DNA of 63,582 nucleotides, filler included, from Thermoplasmatota archaeon (GTDB lineage: Archaea; Thermoplasmatota; E2; JACPAO01; JAHFTW01): the NCBI GenBank assembly GCA_041623215.1. It is 3 parts of 3 records of this genome, joined end to end, with 100 filler letters (N's around TTAATTAATTAA, not from the genome) between each part and the next. Parts side by side here need not be neighbours in the genome. Positions count along the whole stretch, not along the records: positions 24,514 to 47,380 come from JBFJXH010000013.1; 2 more parts are not named here. One strand, written 5' to 3'. The notes beneath the pieces were generated by a model. That model saw nothing but the letters and a program-made list of their open reading frames with translations, did no database searches and was not told where the DNA came from. The first letter of the stretch is position 1, and each line of letters starts with the position of its first letter. Both the position numbers and the translations under genes were made by a program. Below, one piece after another: positions 35,974 to 45,565 of this stretch.

Positions 35974-37225
35974 AAATCGACCGGCCTTGGGTGCCGCGCG
36001 GTGCTTGGGCGCCCGCTTCAAGCGCCCCAACTAGGATCGACTGTACGCCATCCGCATCCAATGCGCGAGCCGCGCGCTTAGCAAAGGGATGATTGATGAG
36101 ATGACCCGCGCACAGGTAGATGTCGTCCCAGGAGACGCCGGCTCGCGTCAAGTCACGCGGACAATCAATCCGTTCCTGCAAGCGTACCACGGCGGCGATG
36201 GCGGCATCCCTGCCATCGGTCGCTTGGCGGGCGGCGGTCTGTGGCGGCCGGTCGGGACCCGCCAGCAAATCAGCCAAGTCCTGCAGTCGATCAGGCTCGG
36301 CCGACAGTGCATCATAAGCCATCACGTGCGGAAGCAGAATGGCATTGGCTTCGCTATGGCCAATGGCAAGGAAGCCCGACAGGGTGAGGCTGATGGAATC
36401 CAAAACACCAAGTCCAGCTTCTCCGAAGGCGCGTCCGGACCAGTACGATGCTTCGGCCATGCCGGTGCGCGCTTCCAAGTTGTTGCCGTCATCCCATGCG
36501 GCGGGCAGGTGATTCGCAACGCCACGAACCGCCCGAAGGGCCGCCTCGTCGCTGCGAGCCGTATGCTGGCCAGCCAAGTACGCTTCAATGGCCCCCGCGA
36601 GTGCATTCATGCCACTGGTCGCGGTCAGACGGCGAGGCATGCTAGCATGAATCAACGGGTCCAGTACCACACCCGTGGGGCGTAGGCAGTCATCTTGCAA
36701 GATGGTGTGTTCGCGCCCGTGGTCTTCGAGCAAGAACGCATAGGGCGACGACTCCGCCCCCGTGCCCGCCGTGCTCGTAGCCGTGATATGCGGCCATACA
36801 CGGGGCGGCACGGCGTCGCCATGCGCCCAATCATGGACAGTGCCGCCATTGGCACCCAAGAGAGCCACCGCCTTGCCCACGTCGGTCGTCGAGCCGCCGC
36901 CAAGAGACACCACACCATTGCACCCGGAGGCCGCCGCGTGTCGCACAGCCGCTGTTGCATCAGAGACTAGCGGTGTAGGCGTGATACCAATGTGCCGGGT
37001 CGCCTCGATTCCCGCTTCGTCCAAGGACGCTTCCACGGCAAACGCAGCTCCGCCTTGGGCCAGGCGATTGTCCAGCAGGAGCAGCGCCTTGGTGATGCCG
37101 GCATGCCGGGCCATTCGCCCCAGTTCCCAAATGGCCCCTCGCCCCACGCGGGTCACTTGGTCGTCGGCGCCCAGACTCCGGATATCTGCCTCACGGTCCT
37201 CATGGCGCGCGAATTCTTGGAACAT
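35957..37225 (-). CDS. iron-containing alcohol dehydrogenase family protein with degenerate metal site
   Basis: GGGSTTDVGK, STAGTGAE, LDP, AILLPHVM; metal ligands altered; start could be 37297. Confidence 0.85.
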   Translation of the reverse strand: MFQEFARHEDREADIRSLGADDQVTRVGRGAIWELGRMARHAGITKALLLLDNRLAQGGAAFAVEASLDEAGIEATRHIGITPTPLVSDATAAVRHAAASGCNGVVSLGGGSTTDVGKAVALLGANGGTVHDWAHGDAVPPRVWPHITATSTAGTGAESSPYAFLLEDHGREHTILQDDCLRPTGVVLDPLIHASMPRRLTATSGMNALAGAIEAYLAGQHTARSDEAALRAVRGVANHLPAAWDDGNNLEARTGMAEASYWSGRAFGEAGLGVLDSISLTLSGFLAIGHSEANAILLPHVMAYDALSAEPDRLQDLADLLAGPDRPPQTAARQATDGRDAAIAAVVRLQERIDCPRDLTRAGVSWDDIYLCAGHLINHPFAKRAARALDADGVQSILVGALEAGAQAPRGTQGRSISTVSA

Positions 37226-37323
37226 GACGGGAGGTTGCACTGGCCGTGCTTTTACGCTATTGCCGGGCCCAAAGGGGGCTTCTCCACCCGCCGCCATGCG
37301 ATTTAGTGAAGCGCCATCAAGCC

Positions 37324-38343
37324 ATGTCCATGCAGTTGCGCGCCGACGACGTGCCGGTGCTGTTGCGGCGCGCCGGCGTGGTGGGCGCGGGCGGGGCGGG
37401 GTTTCCCACGTACATCAAGTATCAACGCCCCACGCCGACGCTCATTGCCAATTGCACCGAATCCGAACCCGGCTACTTCGCCGACAAGTTGTTGCTGCGG
37501 GACCACACGGACGTACTCGTGGGGGCGCTACGCTTGCTGCGGGACGCTTGCAACTTTGACCGCATCGTGGTTGCGGTCAAGGAAAAACATGCCCACTACG
37601 CCCAACACCTGACGTCGGCAGCAGACGAGACGGGGCTGTTTGAGATGTCCTACGTACCGGACCAATACGTCATGGGCGAAGAGAAGACGCTGACCAAGTT
37701 TGTGACGGGGACTGCGGTCCCTCGTGGCGCCATTCCGCCTCACGTGGGCGTCACCGTCCAAAACACGGAGACGCTCTTCAACATCTACTGGGCCTTGACC
37801 GAGCACCGCGGCGTCACCGACAAGTTCGTCCAATTGCTGGGCGAATTGGGCCATCAAGAGGTCTTGCAGACGCCGGTGGGAACGCCGGTGGCCACTGTGG
37901 CGTCGTATGCGGGCCATGACCCCCAGACCGCCTTCGAGTCTCTGCGCCTCGTTGATGGCGGACCGTTACTCGGCGATGTGGTTGCTGACCCCTCACGGCA
38001 CGTGGTGCAGAAGACGACAAACGGCTTACTGTGGGTACCGCCAGAGCACCTCAAGGGTCGTGGCAAGCGCTACCCGCAGGCCGCCGATGTGCCCCCCGAC
38101 TCCATTACGCCGCTTCACGACCAAGTCATGGAAGTGGCCGTACCTTTAGCCACGGGTCACTGCGTGGCGAGCCTTCCGGTGGTTAACGTTGGCCAGACGG
38201 TCGTATGGGGACAGGAAATCGCCCATTTCCGTGGCGAACAACCAAGCGTGTCATGCCACGCCAGCATCCCCGGCGTGATTACGGCCATCACGGACCAAGC
38301 AATTCACATCCGGCGCCCCGACATCGTGGACGAGGCGAGATGA
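37324..38343 (+). CDS. PduS/RnfC-like flavoprotein (Complex I 51K-type domain, SLBB, C-terminal barrel-sandwich domain)
   Basis: AGVVGAGGAGFPT, NCTESEP, VQNTETL, PVGT, GGPL.G, KTTNGLL, HASIPG. Confidence 0.75.
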   Translation: MSMQLRADDVPVLLRRAGVVGAGGAGFPTYIKYQRPTPTLIANCTESEPGYFADKLLLRDHTDVLVGALRLLRDACNFDRIVVAVKEKHAHYAQHLTSAADETGLFEMSYVPDQYVMGEEKTLTKFVTGTAVPRGAIPPHVGVTVQNTETLFNIYWALTEHRGVTDKFVQLLGELGHQEVLQTPVGTPVATVASYAGHDPQTAFESLRLVDGGPLLGDVVADPSRHVVQKTTNGLLWVPPEHLKGRGKRYPQAADVPPDSITPLHDQVMEVAVPLATGHCVASLPVVNVGQTVVWGQEIAHFRGEQPSVSCHASIPGVITAITDQAIHIRRPDIVDEAR

Positions 38344-38374
38344 TACCAACGGATACCGGCGCGGGTTGGTGCGT

Positions 38375-39382
38375 TTAGATGCCGCGCTCGGCGAGCTTCA
38401 CGGTCAGTTCGTCCATGTTGCGACCGACCATGGGCTCGCCCAGGTCCTTGCTGACCTCCATGACAACGGCGGCATCCTCGAAGTGCGTGGTTGCCTCGAC
38501 GATGGCGCGGGCACGGCTGGCGGGGTCGCCACTCTTGAAGATGCCCGAGCCAACGAAGACACCATCGCTGCCCATTTGCATCATGAGTGCCGCATCGGCG
38601 GGAGTCGCGATGCCGCCGGCGGTGAAGTCCACGACCGGGAGGCGTCCGCCGGATTGGATTTCGCCAAGGACGGTTCGAATGTTGTTGGTCAAGTCTGCGT
38701 AGGACCGGCCCGCGTAGGCGTCGTCCAATTCGGCTTGGCCACCACCCATTTGGTCGAGGACGGTTTCATTGAGCGGGTCGTAGCGGCTGGCGAAGTGGTG
38801 CGCGAGAGCATCCACTTCTTCAGTGTCCATTTCGGCCAAGAGTTGAATGCCCCGGCTCATCATGCGCCGGTGGCGCATTGCTTCCACAATATCGCCGCTA
38901 CCAGCTTCGCCCTTGGTGCGAATCATGGCTGCTCCTTCCGCAATGCGTCGGGTCGCCTCGCCAAGTTCGGTTGCGCCGCACACGAAGGGCACGGTGAAGT
39001 CGGACTTGAAGACGTGGAAGAACGGGTCGGCCGGGGTGAGAACTTCAGACTCGTCAATCATGTCCACGCCCAATTCTTGCAGAATCTGCGCTTCGCCAAA
39101 GTGGCCAATGCGGCACTTGGCCATGACGGGAATGGACACCTCGTCAATGATCGCGGCAATCATGCTTGGGTCGCTCATGCGGGACACGCCGCCTTGCGCC
39201 CGGATGTCGGCCGGGACCCGTTCCAAGGCCATGACCGCCACGGCGCCCGCTTCCTCCGCAATAGCAGCTTGTTCGGCATTGGTGACGTCCATCACGACGC
39301 CGCCCTTCTGCATCTTGGCAAAGCCACGCTTCACCAATTCGGTGCCCCAGCGGAGGTTTTCTAGGTCCAATTCGCGAGCCAT
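38375..39382 (-). CDS. pdxS: PLP synthase lyase subunit
   Basis: [59 protein letters not shown]. Confidence 0.97.
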   Translation of the reverse strand: MARELDLENLRWGTELVKRGFAKMQKGGVVMDVTNAEQAAIAEEAGAVAVMALERVPADIRAQGGVSRMSDPSMIAAIIDEVSIPVMAKCRIGHFGEAQILQELGVDMIDESEVLTPADPFFHVFKSDFTVPFVCGATELGEATRRIAEGAAMIRTKGEAGSGDIVEAMRHRRMMSRGIQLLAEMDTEEVDALAHHFASRYDPLNETVLDQMGGGQAELDDAYAGRSYADLTNNIRTVLGEIQSGGRLPVVDFTAGGIATPADAALMMQMGSDGVFVGSGIFKSGDPASRARAIVEATTHFEDAAVVMEVSKDLGEPMVGRNMDELTVKLAERGI

Positions 39383-39471
39383 GGCGCCGCCGAGACGACC
39401 GGCGGTGATAAGCGCGTAGGCGGCACCTGCCGGCCACCTGTGCTTAAGGCCCTGCACGGGGTGGGCCATCT

Positions 39472-39544
39472 ACCCCCAATGATGAGGTTATCCCAGGAAG
39501 AGGTCCTGATAGCCGAATGACTGAAAGCTCAACGCTGAGGGGGT
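39472..39544 (+). ncRNA. C/D box sRNA (2'-O-methylation guide)
   Basis: ACCCCC/GGGGGT terminal stem; C box ATGATGA 39479; D' CTGA 39506; C'-like ATGACTGA 39517; D CTGA 39535; TTAAGG about 25 nt upstream. Confidence 0.85.
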
Positions 39545-39592
39545 TCTTCTGAACCGTGTGGGACCGGGCGCGATGCAGGACGCCTGATGCGC

Positions 39593-40132
39593 CTAGGCGC
39601 CCGCCGGCCGCGCCGCCGCTTCGTCGGGCAAATGCTGCGGCACCCGCGCCTCCACGGCTGCGTGCAAGTCCTTTTTGAGGCCCATCATGAAGGCGAATTC
39701 CGCCACGATGAAGATGGGCGCGATGAACACCTGGAACAGATTGTCGGCGAGGGCAGGGCGTCGTTTTTCCCACACGCCATGGCCCACAAATTGGACGACC
39801 CAACCGGCTACGAAGACTGCTCCACCGACCCACAGCGCGGTTGCGGTTGGCAGGGCAGCAACTTGGAGCGCTGTAGCGAGCAGTACGGTGAAGAGGAGCA
39901 CGCTGGCCACCCCCAAGGCGAAGTCGAGCTTCAGGTAGTAGGCGAGGATTGGCAGGACCAATAGGTGCGCCAACGTCACGGTCAAGTTAAGGAAGCTAAA
40001 CAGGGGTAGCATGCCGGTCAAGACCATGATGCTCCAGACAATGGCCGGCACAAACACGAAGTGAATGACCTTGTTGACCGGGTGTCGGTGGTACGCCGAA
40101 TAGACACTCATCTGGTCGGCCAGTGCTTCCAT
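39593..40132 (-). CDS. DUF962/Mpo1-like membrane protein
   Basis: YSAYHRHPVNKVIHFVFVP, QFVGHGVWEKRRPALADN. Confidence 0.88.
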   Translation of the reverse strand: MEALADQMSVYSAYHRHPVNKVIHFVFVPAIVWSIMVLTGMLPLFSFLNLTVTLAHLLVLPILAYYLKLDFALGVASVLLFTVLLATALQVAALPTATALWVGGAVFVAGWVVQFVGHGVWEKRRPALADNLFQVFIAPIFIVAEFAFMMGLKKDLHAAVEARVPQHLPDEAAARPAGA

Positions 40133-40212
40133 GCCCCGGGGACAGGACCATGCGGTGATGAGTGCTTCGATAGCCCACCTGTTGCCAGCGAGGCCCCTTG
40201 TGATGGCCCGCG

Positions 40213-40713
40213 TCAAGTCGCGACGACGGTGACGCGCAGGTTGGCCCCGTACCAGGCAGCAATACGAACAACGCCGGCACGCTCCGGAATGATGCAATCA
40301 TCTAGATCGCCGTCGGACGACCCAGTGCAGGTTGCTCCACCGAGGTAATCGCCGTCTGCCTCGTAGAAGTAAGCGTCCAGGTCGAAGGCGCCGCGTGCTG
40401 TGCCCGGCCCCGTGGTGGATGTAGCAAAGTGGAGTCCAGCCTGCGTCAGCGGGTCAACGGTGAATTCGAAGTGGTCTAGGCGTTCAATAGGGCCGCCCGA
40501 AATCCAGTCGGCCGCCGTGAGCCACGTATGAGGGCCGCCCAACCGAATGGTCCCTTCAGCAAGGTGTTGGCCCGCGGTCGTGCGTTGGCCTCCACCGGTT
40601 GCCTCGTCCCCGCCGACAGCAAGTGATTCAACGAAGATTGGCGCGTCACCAACAGGCACCAGCAGCAGGAGGGCCATGGCAGTCAGAGCACCCATGGCCG
40701 CTTGGACCAACAT
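40213..40713 (-). CDS. secreted hypothetical protein
   Basis: Signal peptide; FDLDAYFYEADG..C..C beta-sandwich-like region. Confidence 0.6.
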   Translation of the reverse strand: MLVQAAMGALTAMALLLLVPVGDAPIFVESLAVGGDEATGGGQRTTAGQHLAEGTIRLGGPHTWLTAADWISGGPIERLDHFEFTVDPLTQAGLHFATSTTGPGTARGAFDLDAYFYEADGDYLGGATCTGSSDGDLDDCIIPERAGVVRIAAWYGANLRVTVVAT

Positions 40714-40763
40714 GATGCCCAACGGGGCCAGACGCGTCTTATGGCTGCCGTTTCGGATGCGCC

Positions 40764-41177
40764 TCAATCGTCGAGCACAACAACCGTCTGTTGCTGCTGT
40801 TGTTGATCGCCAAGGTTGCCGACCTGAATGAGCACGATGAGCATGTAGATGCCAACGAGTCCGAGCAGGTTGCCGGCGAAGACGGTCAGAAGCCAGAGCA
40901 CGGCGACCACCATGCCAAGGATGCGACCCCACTCCTGGCCTTTGAGAATGCCAATGCCTGCCATGACGGTGGGCACGGCTACCACGAGCACGCCGAGCAT
41001 GATGATGATGCCAACCATAGCGCCAAGGCCCATGAGCCATTCTTCGCCACTTTCGTTGGCGGCAATTCCAAGGCCTGTCTGCACGGCAATCCATGCAATG
41101 AGTCCGCCAACAACAGCTAGGCCGCCGAAGATGATGTCGATGATGCCAACGGCGCGCGCTTGCGCTTGCCAATCCAT
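40764..41177 (-). CDS. 4-TM membrane protein with QQQQ-TVVV tail
   Basis: AGIGILKGQEWGRIL; paralogous to the neighbouring gene. Confidence 0.7.
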   Translation of the reverse strand: MDWQAQARAVGIIDIIFGGLAVVGGLIAWIAVQTGLGIAANESGEEWLMGLGAMVGIIIMLGVLVVAVPTVMAGIGILKGQEWGRILGMVVAVLWLLTVFAGNLLGLVGIYMLIVLIQVGNLGDQQQQQQTVVVLDD

Positions 41178-41221
41178 ATGAGCCGATTTCGCCCTGAGCT
41201 CAAGAACCCACCCATCGGGTG

Positions 41222-41617
41222 CTACGGGCCGTCGCGGTCTTCGATGACGATGACGGTTTGCTGCTGCTGGCTGGGTCCCGATTTGGTACGCCAGTAAAGG
41301 GCCCAGATGACATAGAAGCCCCAAGCGGTCCCGACCGGGATGTTGAGGGTAGCAACGCCCGCCAGCACCAGCGTTACGATGCGCGCCCACGGCTGGCCCG
41401 TCAGCAGTCCTGCACCAGCTACAATTGCCGGAACCCCAAGTAGCGCCATGATGACCACCACAATCACCAGCAGGTCCCCCGGCACGGGACCCCCACCTGA
41501 GCCAGAGGCAAAGAGGGACACGAAGCTCCAGAATAGGAATCCCCCGACGAGGACGCCGGCGCCGTAAACAATCTGTAGGATGCCAATCGCCCGTTCGTGT
41601 CCATCCAGGGCAGCCAT
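41222..41617 (-). CDS. 4-TM membrane protein with QQQQ-TVIV tail
   Basis: AGAGLLTGQPWARIV..NIPVGTAWGFYVIWAL. Confidence 0.7.
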   Translation of the reverse strand: MAALDGHERAIGILQIVYGAGVLVGGFLFWSFVSLFASGSGGGPVPGDLLVIVVVIMALLGVPAIVAGAGLLTGQPWARIVTLVLAGVATLNIPVGTAWGFYVIWALYWRTKSGPSQQQQTVIVIEDRDGP

Positions 41618-41668
41618 GCGGATGCGACGCCTTTGCCACTTATGAAGGGGCCTTTCTTGGCCCCAGAC

Positions 41669-43312
41669 ATGCAGCAAGCCGTGGAACTCGACCCCTTGGT
41701 CCCTGGCGAAGACCGCGCCATCATCGCCCACATCGAAGATCGCCTCAACCGCTTCGAAAACAAGAACACGTGGTGGCGGCACAGCGTGAATGGAACCTTG
41801 GATGAGTTCGACGCAGCGTTCGAAGCATCGTGTGCTCGCTTCGAGGCGGAAGAATTGGGCAAGACACACCCGATTTTCGTCGGCGGCGAGGCGCGCGAAC
41901 GCGACACATTCAGCGTCACCAGCCCCGCAGACACCAGCATCGTGGTGGGCCATTTTGCCAAGGGTACCAAGCAAGACTTGCGCGATGCCGTCGCCATCAG
42001 CAAAGAGCACCAAACAGCTTGGGCCGCCCGGAGCTACCAAGAACGCGCCGACATCATCACCAACGCTGCCAATTTCATCGCCGACAATTTCTATGACTTC
42101 TGCTCGGTCATGACGTGGGAAACGGGGAAGACCCGTTTCGAGGCCTCGATTGATGTTGACGAAGGCATTGACTTTGGTCGTTTCTACGCGATGAATTACG
42201 TGGAACACGGCGGCTACGACATGCTGATGGGCAAGCCGTTCCCGAACGAGACCTGCCGCAGCATCCGCAAGCCAGTCGGCGTCTTCGGCGTCATCGCCCC
42301 CTTCAATTTCCCTGTGGCCATCACCTTCGGCATGGCCGCCGCAGCGCTGCTTACCGGCAACGCAGCCATCATCAAGCCGAGCATGAAGGGCTGCCTCAGC
42401 GGCAAGATGGTCTATGAAGCCTTCATGGAAGCAGGCGTTCCAGCCCAGGTGTGCCATTTCATCACCGGAGAAGACTTGGAAGTGGGCGCTGAAATGTTGG
42501 AGAACCCAGACATTGACGGTCTTGTGTTTACCGGCAGCAAGAACATCGGCATGCTGGCCATGAAGAAGCAACTTGAGCATGGCCGACCCAAGCCATTTAT
42601 CGCGGAAATGGGCGGCAAGAACGCCGTCCTCATCTCCAACAAGGCAGACCTCGACAAGGCAGTCCAGGGCGTCTTCAAGAGCGCTTTTGGCTTCTCTGGC
42701 CAGAAGTGCAGCGCCTGTAGCCGCGTCTATGTCCACAAGGACGTCGCCGACGAGTTCATGGACCGATTGCAGAAGCTAACTGCGGCAGCGCACCTGGGCC
42801 ACCCGCGTGAGAAGCAGACCTTCATGGGCCCCGTCATTGAGGAGCGGAAACTGGAACTTTTCACCGACGTCGTTGACCAAGTCAAGCGCGATGGCGGCAC
42901 AATCGTGACGGGCGGCAACGTTCGCACCGACCTCGGCGGCCATTACCTCGAGCCCACCGTAGTCACTGGCCTCCCCAAGGACCACCGTGTATTCCGGGAG
43001 GAATTCTTCATGCCCTTCACGGCCGTCGCCGTCGTCGACAGCATCGAAGAAGCGGTGGCCGAGTACAACAAAGTGGAGTACGGCCTCACCGCCGGCGTCA
43101 TGACGGAGGACGAAGCCGAGCAGGCCTATTTCTTCGACAACGTGCAAAGCGGCGTCACCTACTGCAACCGCGCCATCGGCGGCAGCACCGGCGCCGTGGT
43201 CAATGGCCAGTCGTTCGTAGGCTGGAAGTTGAGCGGCTCCACCGGCACGGGCGCCGGTGGGCGGTGGTACCTGCTGCAATTCACGCGGGAACGCAGTCAG
43301 ACAATCGCTTAG
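41669..43312 (+). CDS. aldehyde dehydrogenase, likely glutamate gamma-semialdehyde (P5C) dehydrogenase type
   Basis: IAPFNFP, FTGS, AEMGGKN, SAFGFSGQKCSACSR, YGLTAG, GWKLSG. Confidence 0.88.
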   Translation: MQQAVELDPLVPGEDRAIIAHIEDRLNRFENKNTWWRHSVNGTLDEFDAAFEASCARFEAEELGKTHPIFVGGEARERDTFSVTSPADTSIVVGHFAKGTKQDLRDAVAISKEHQTAWAARSYQERADIITNAANFIADNFYDFCSVMTWETGKTRFEASIDVDEGIDFGRFYAMNYVEHGGYDMLMGKPFPNETCRSIRKPVGVFGVIAPFNFPVAITFGMAAAALLTGNAAIIKPSMKGCLSGKMVYEAFMEAGVPAQVCHFITGEDLEVGAEMLENPDIDGLVFTGSKNIGMLAMKKQLEHGRPKPFIAEMGGKNAVLISNKADLDKAVQGVFKSAFGFSGQKCSACSRVYVHKDVADEFMDRLQKLTAAAHLGHPREKQTFMGPVIEERKLELFTDVVDQVKRDGGTIVTGGNVRTDLGGHYLEPTVVTGLPKDHRVFREEFFMPFTAVAVVDSIEEAVAEYNKVEYGLTAGVMTEDEAEQAYFFDNVQSGVTYCNRAIGGSTGAVVNGQSFVGWKLSGSTGTGAGGRWYLLQFTRERSQTIA

Positions 43313-43600
43313 GCTCATGCGGGACCCCGATCGGATCGGATTCTGCTTGATGGGCGTCGCGGTCGTTCTCGCCAGCCTGGGTTAGTGCCGTAATCGGTAC
43401 CGCTTGGAGTGGGGCAGTACCTTCGCGGCCGTCGCTGAAGTGCGCTGTAGCGTTGGCTTCCATTGGATTCCATTGTTCATCCATGAACGAACGGCCATGC
43501 ACCAATCCCGGGATCTCAGCCAGGCAGATCTTGAGAACATCCGGTTGTTGGCTCCGTGGTCGCCGATCCATTCGATGACGATGCCGTGGCCACAGCCGGA

Positions 43601-44710
43601 TCATTCGTGGCCATACACGGCGACGTTGTCGTAGCGAGCGACGCCGACACGTCCCCCGTCCAGGACCCAGGGGATGGTGTCGTCGTCCACCTCGCCGAGT
43701 GCAATGGTGCGTGCCAGGGGCATGTGGTAATGCCAGAATTCGTGGAGGGGGCCGTCATCCACTTGCACGTGGGCGCGGTGATTGGGGTTGTCCAGGGTGA
43801 CGCGGACGGTGTGGTATTCCGCGTACTCGTAGTCGGGACTGATGATGGTCTGGACGTGGCCGGGGTCTTCGAATGCGAATGCCCACGTGCCGGGCCCCGT
43901 GACGAGGGATCTGATAGCCCAGAGGACGTGGGGGTCGTCGGGGGCCAGTTCGAGGCCGGCGATTACCGCGATGCCGTGGGCGGGGGCATAGGCATCGAGC
44001 GGCGTAAAGTCGGCCTCGGCGTGGATAATGCGGTCGGCCCAATCAATGGGTGTGGAAGCGTAGTTCAACCCGGGCGTAAGGCCGGGTCGGACCTCAAGGA
44101 TGCCGGGGCTCATGTGGCCTTGCTGGTCGAGGACCCTCACGGCGCCGTTGGTGACGAAGGCCGAGAAACCGGTTTCTTCCAGGGGCTCCGCGAATGTGGT
44201 GTCGGCGGCCATGTCTGCGTCGTCCACGCGGGTGTTGGCATATTCGACATCCCTGGGAGGCCAAGTCGCGCCGTAGACGGCGTGCGGATCAGCAGCGGGT
44301 CTGCCAGCGTCGGCCGCCACGGTGGTGCGGGCGGTCGTGCCGGGGCCGCCATCAAGGGACACCCAGTATGTGGCGCCGTGCAGGATGATGTCAAGTCGGT
44401 GCCACCAAGCCCCGATGGTGCCCAATGGGAGGGCCGGGCGTTGCCCGCTAGCGTCTTCGCCATCGGAGGCGTACACGGTGCCGCCCCAGACGTACACGTG
44501 GGCAACGGGTTCGCCTGCTACGTCCTCGATGGCGAAGACTCCTGTGGCCGCACCTGACGGGTGATCAATGCGGAAATGTGTCTTGATGTGGCTGCCCGTG
44601 TCGTGGTCGTCGACCGGGCCGCTGGCGGCGGCCAGCGGTGCCATGAGGATCACCAGGAGGGCGATTGCCAGCCGGTTACGGGACGCTGTGCGCTGCGCGT
44701 TCTCTTCCAT
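43601..44710 (-). CDS. secreted hypothetical protein with beta-sandwich (ConA/LamG-like) character
   Basis: Signal peptide; WHRLDII..VSLDG and YHTVRVTLD..VQVDDG repeats; YDNVAVY. Confidence 0.6.
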   Translation of the reverse strand: MEENAQRTASRNRLAIALLVILMAPLAAASGPVDDHDTGSHIKTHFRIDHPSGAATGVFAIEDVAGEPVAHVYVWGGTVYASDGEDASGQRPALPLGTIGAWWHRLDIILHGATYWVSLDGGPGTTARTTVAADAGRPAADPHAVYGATWPPRDVEYANTRVDDADMAADTTFAEPLEETGFSAFVTNGAVRVLDQQGHMSPGILEVRPGLTPGLNYASTPIDWADRIIHAEADFTPLDAYAPAHGIAVIAGLELAPDDPHVLWAIRSLVTGPGTWAFAFEDPGHVQTIISPDYEYAEYHTVRVTLDNPNHRAHVQVDDGPLHEFWHYHMPLARTIALGEVDDDTIPWVLDGGRVGVARYDNVAVYGHE

Positions 44711-44829
44711 GGCCTGCAGGGATGCCCGGGCACCACCCATGCCGTTTCCATCAAAAACTCGGTATTTACGAGTTGGCGACACCTTGTCGATACGCCATCC
44801 CTCATACGGCGCCCGGTGCATGGCGGGCT

Positions 44830-45507
44830 ATGCGACCCCTCGTCGTCGTCGATCTGATGGCCCACACCGGCCATGCCTATGCCCCTGAGGTGGTCGCGGC
44901 CCATCATCGCTTCACCGATGCCGAGTGCCCGCTCGTGGTGGTCGGTCCAGACGCCGAAGCCGAGACGCTGGCAAGCGCGGCCGGCATCCAGGTAACGGGA
45001 TCGACGACCATGCTGGCGGACGCACCCTGGGCTCCGACCTTGTCCGCAGACCTGGAAGCGGCGGCCCGCGCAGGGGTCCCCGTGTTGGGGGTATGCTTTG
45101 GCCATCAGATGCTAGGTGTCCACTTTGGCTCGACGCTTGAGTCGTGGGCAGCGCCTCGGGTGGGCTTGGCAGAGGTAACCTTCACGGCGAACGCCGATGG
45201 GCCATTCGTCCCTAATGAGCAAGTAATGCTGCTGCACACCCACCGCGACCATCTTACCAGCCTTGGGCCCGACCTAGAAGGTGTTGCAACTGGAGGCCTT
45301 GGTGGCATTCAGGCGTGGCGCCACCGCAGCCTGCCCATGTGGGGCATCCAAGCCCACCCGGAAGCAGATGCTGCCCTCACCCGAGCTGCCGAAGGCGACG
45401 ACGTGGCACCGTGGTCGGACGACCAGCTCGAGACCCCGCAAGCAAAACGCATCCTGCAGCGGTTCGCGACCCTCATGGCCGGTCGCGTCCCTGAACCGGC
45501 TCCCTAA
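44830..45507 (+). CDS. class I glutamine amidotransferase
   Basis: PVLGVCFGHQML and GIQAHPE catalytic triad motifs. Confidence 0.85.
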   Translation: MRPLVVVDLMAHTGHAYAPEVVAAHHRFTDAECPLVVVGPDAEAETLASAAGIQVTGSTTMLADAPWAPTLSADLEAAARAGVPVLGVCFGHQMLGVHFGSTLESWAAPRVGLAEVTFTANADGPFVPNEQVMLLHTHRDHLTSLGPDLEGVATGGLGGIQAWRHRSLPMWGIQAHPEADAALTRAAEGDDVAPWSDDQLETPQAKRILQRFATLMAGRVPEPAP

Positions 45508-45565
45508 TGCCCAAACCTGGGGCTGTGGCAGCACAAGTAAATATCTGTGGCATCAAGAGAATGAT

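Noticed and set aside
38690..38830. About 40-aa insertion in PdxS relative to bacterial enzymes
   Set aside because: Longer PdxS forms are, to my recollection, normal in several archaeal groups; no intein motifs
43281..43604. 107-aa minus-strand ORF overlapping the upstream stop (ATGA)
   Set aside because: No recognisable motif, atypical composition and overlap with the ALDH 3' end; not supportable
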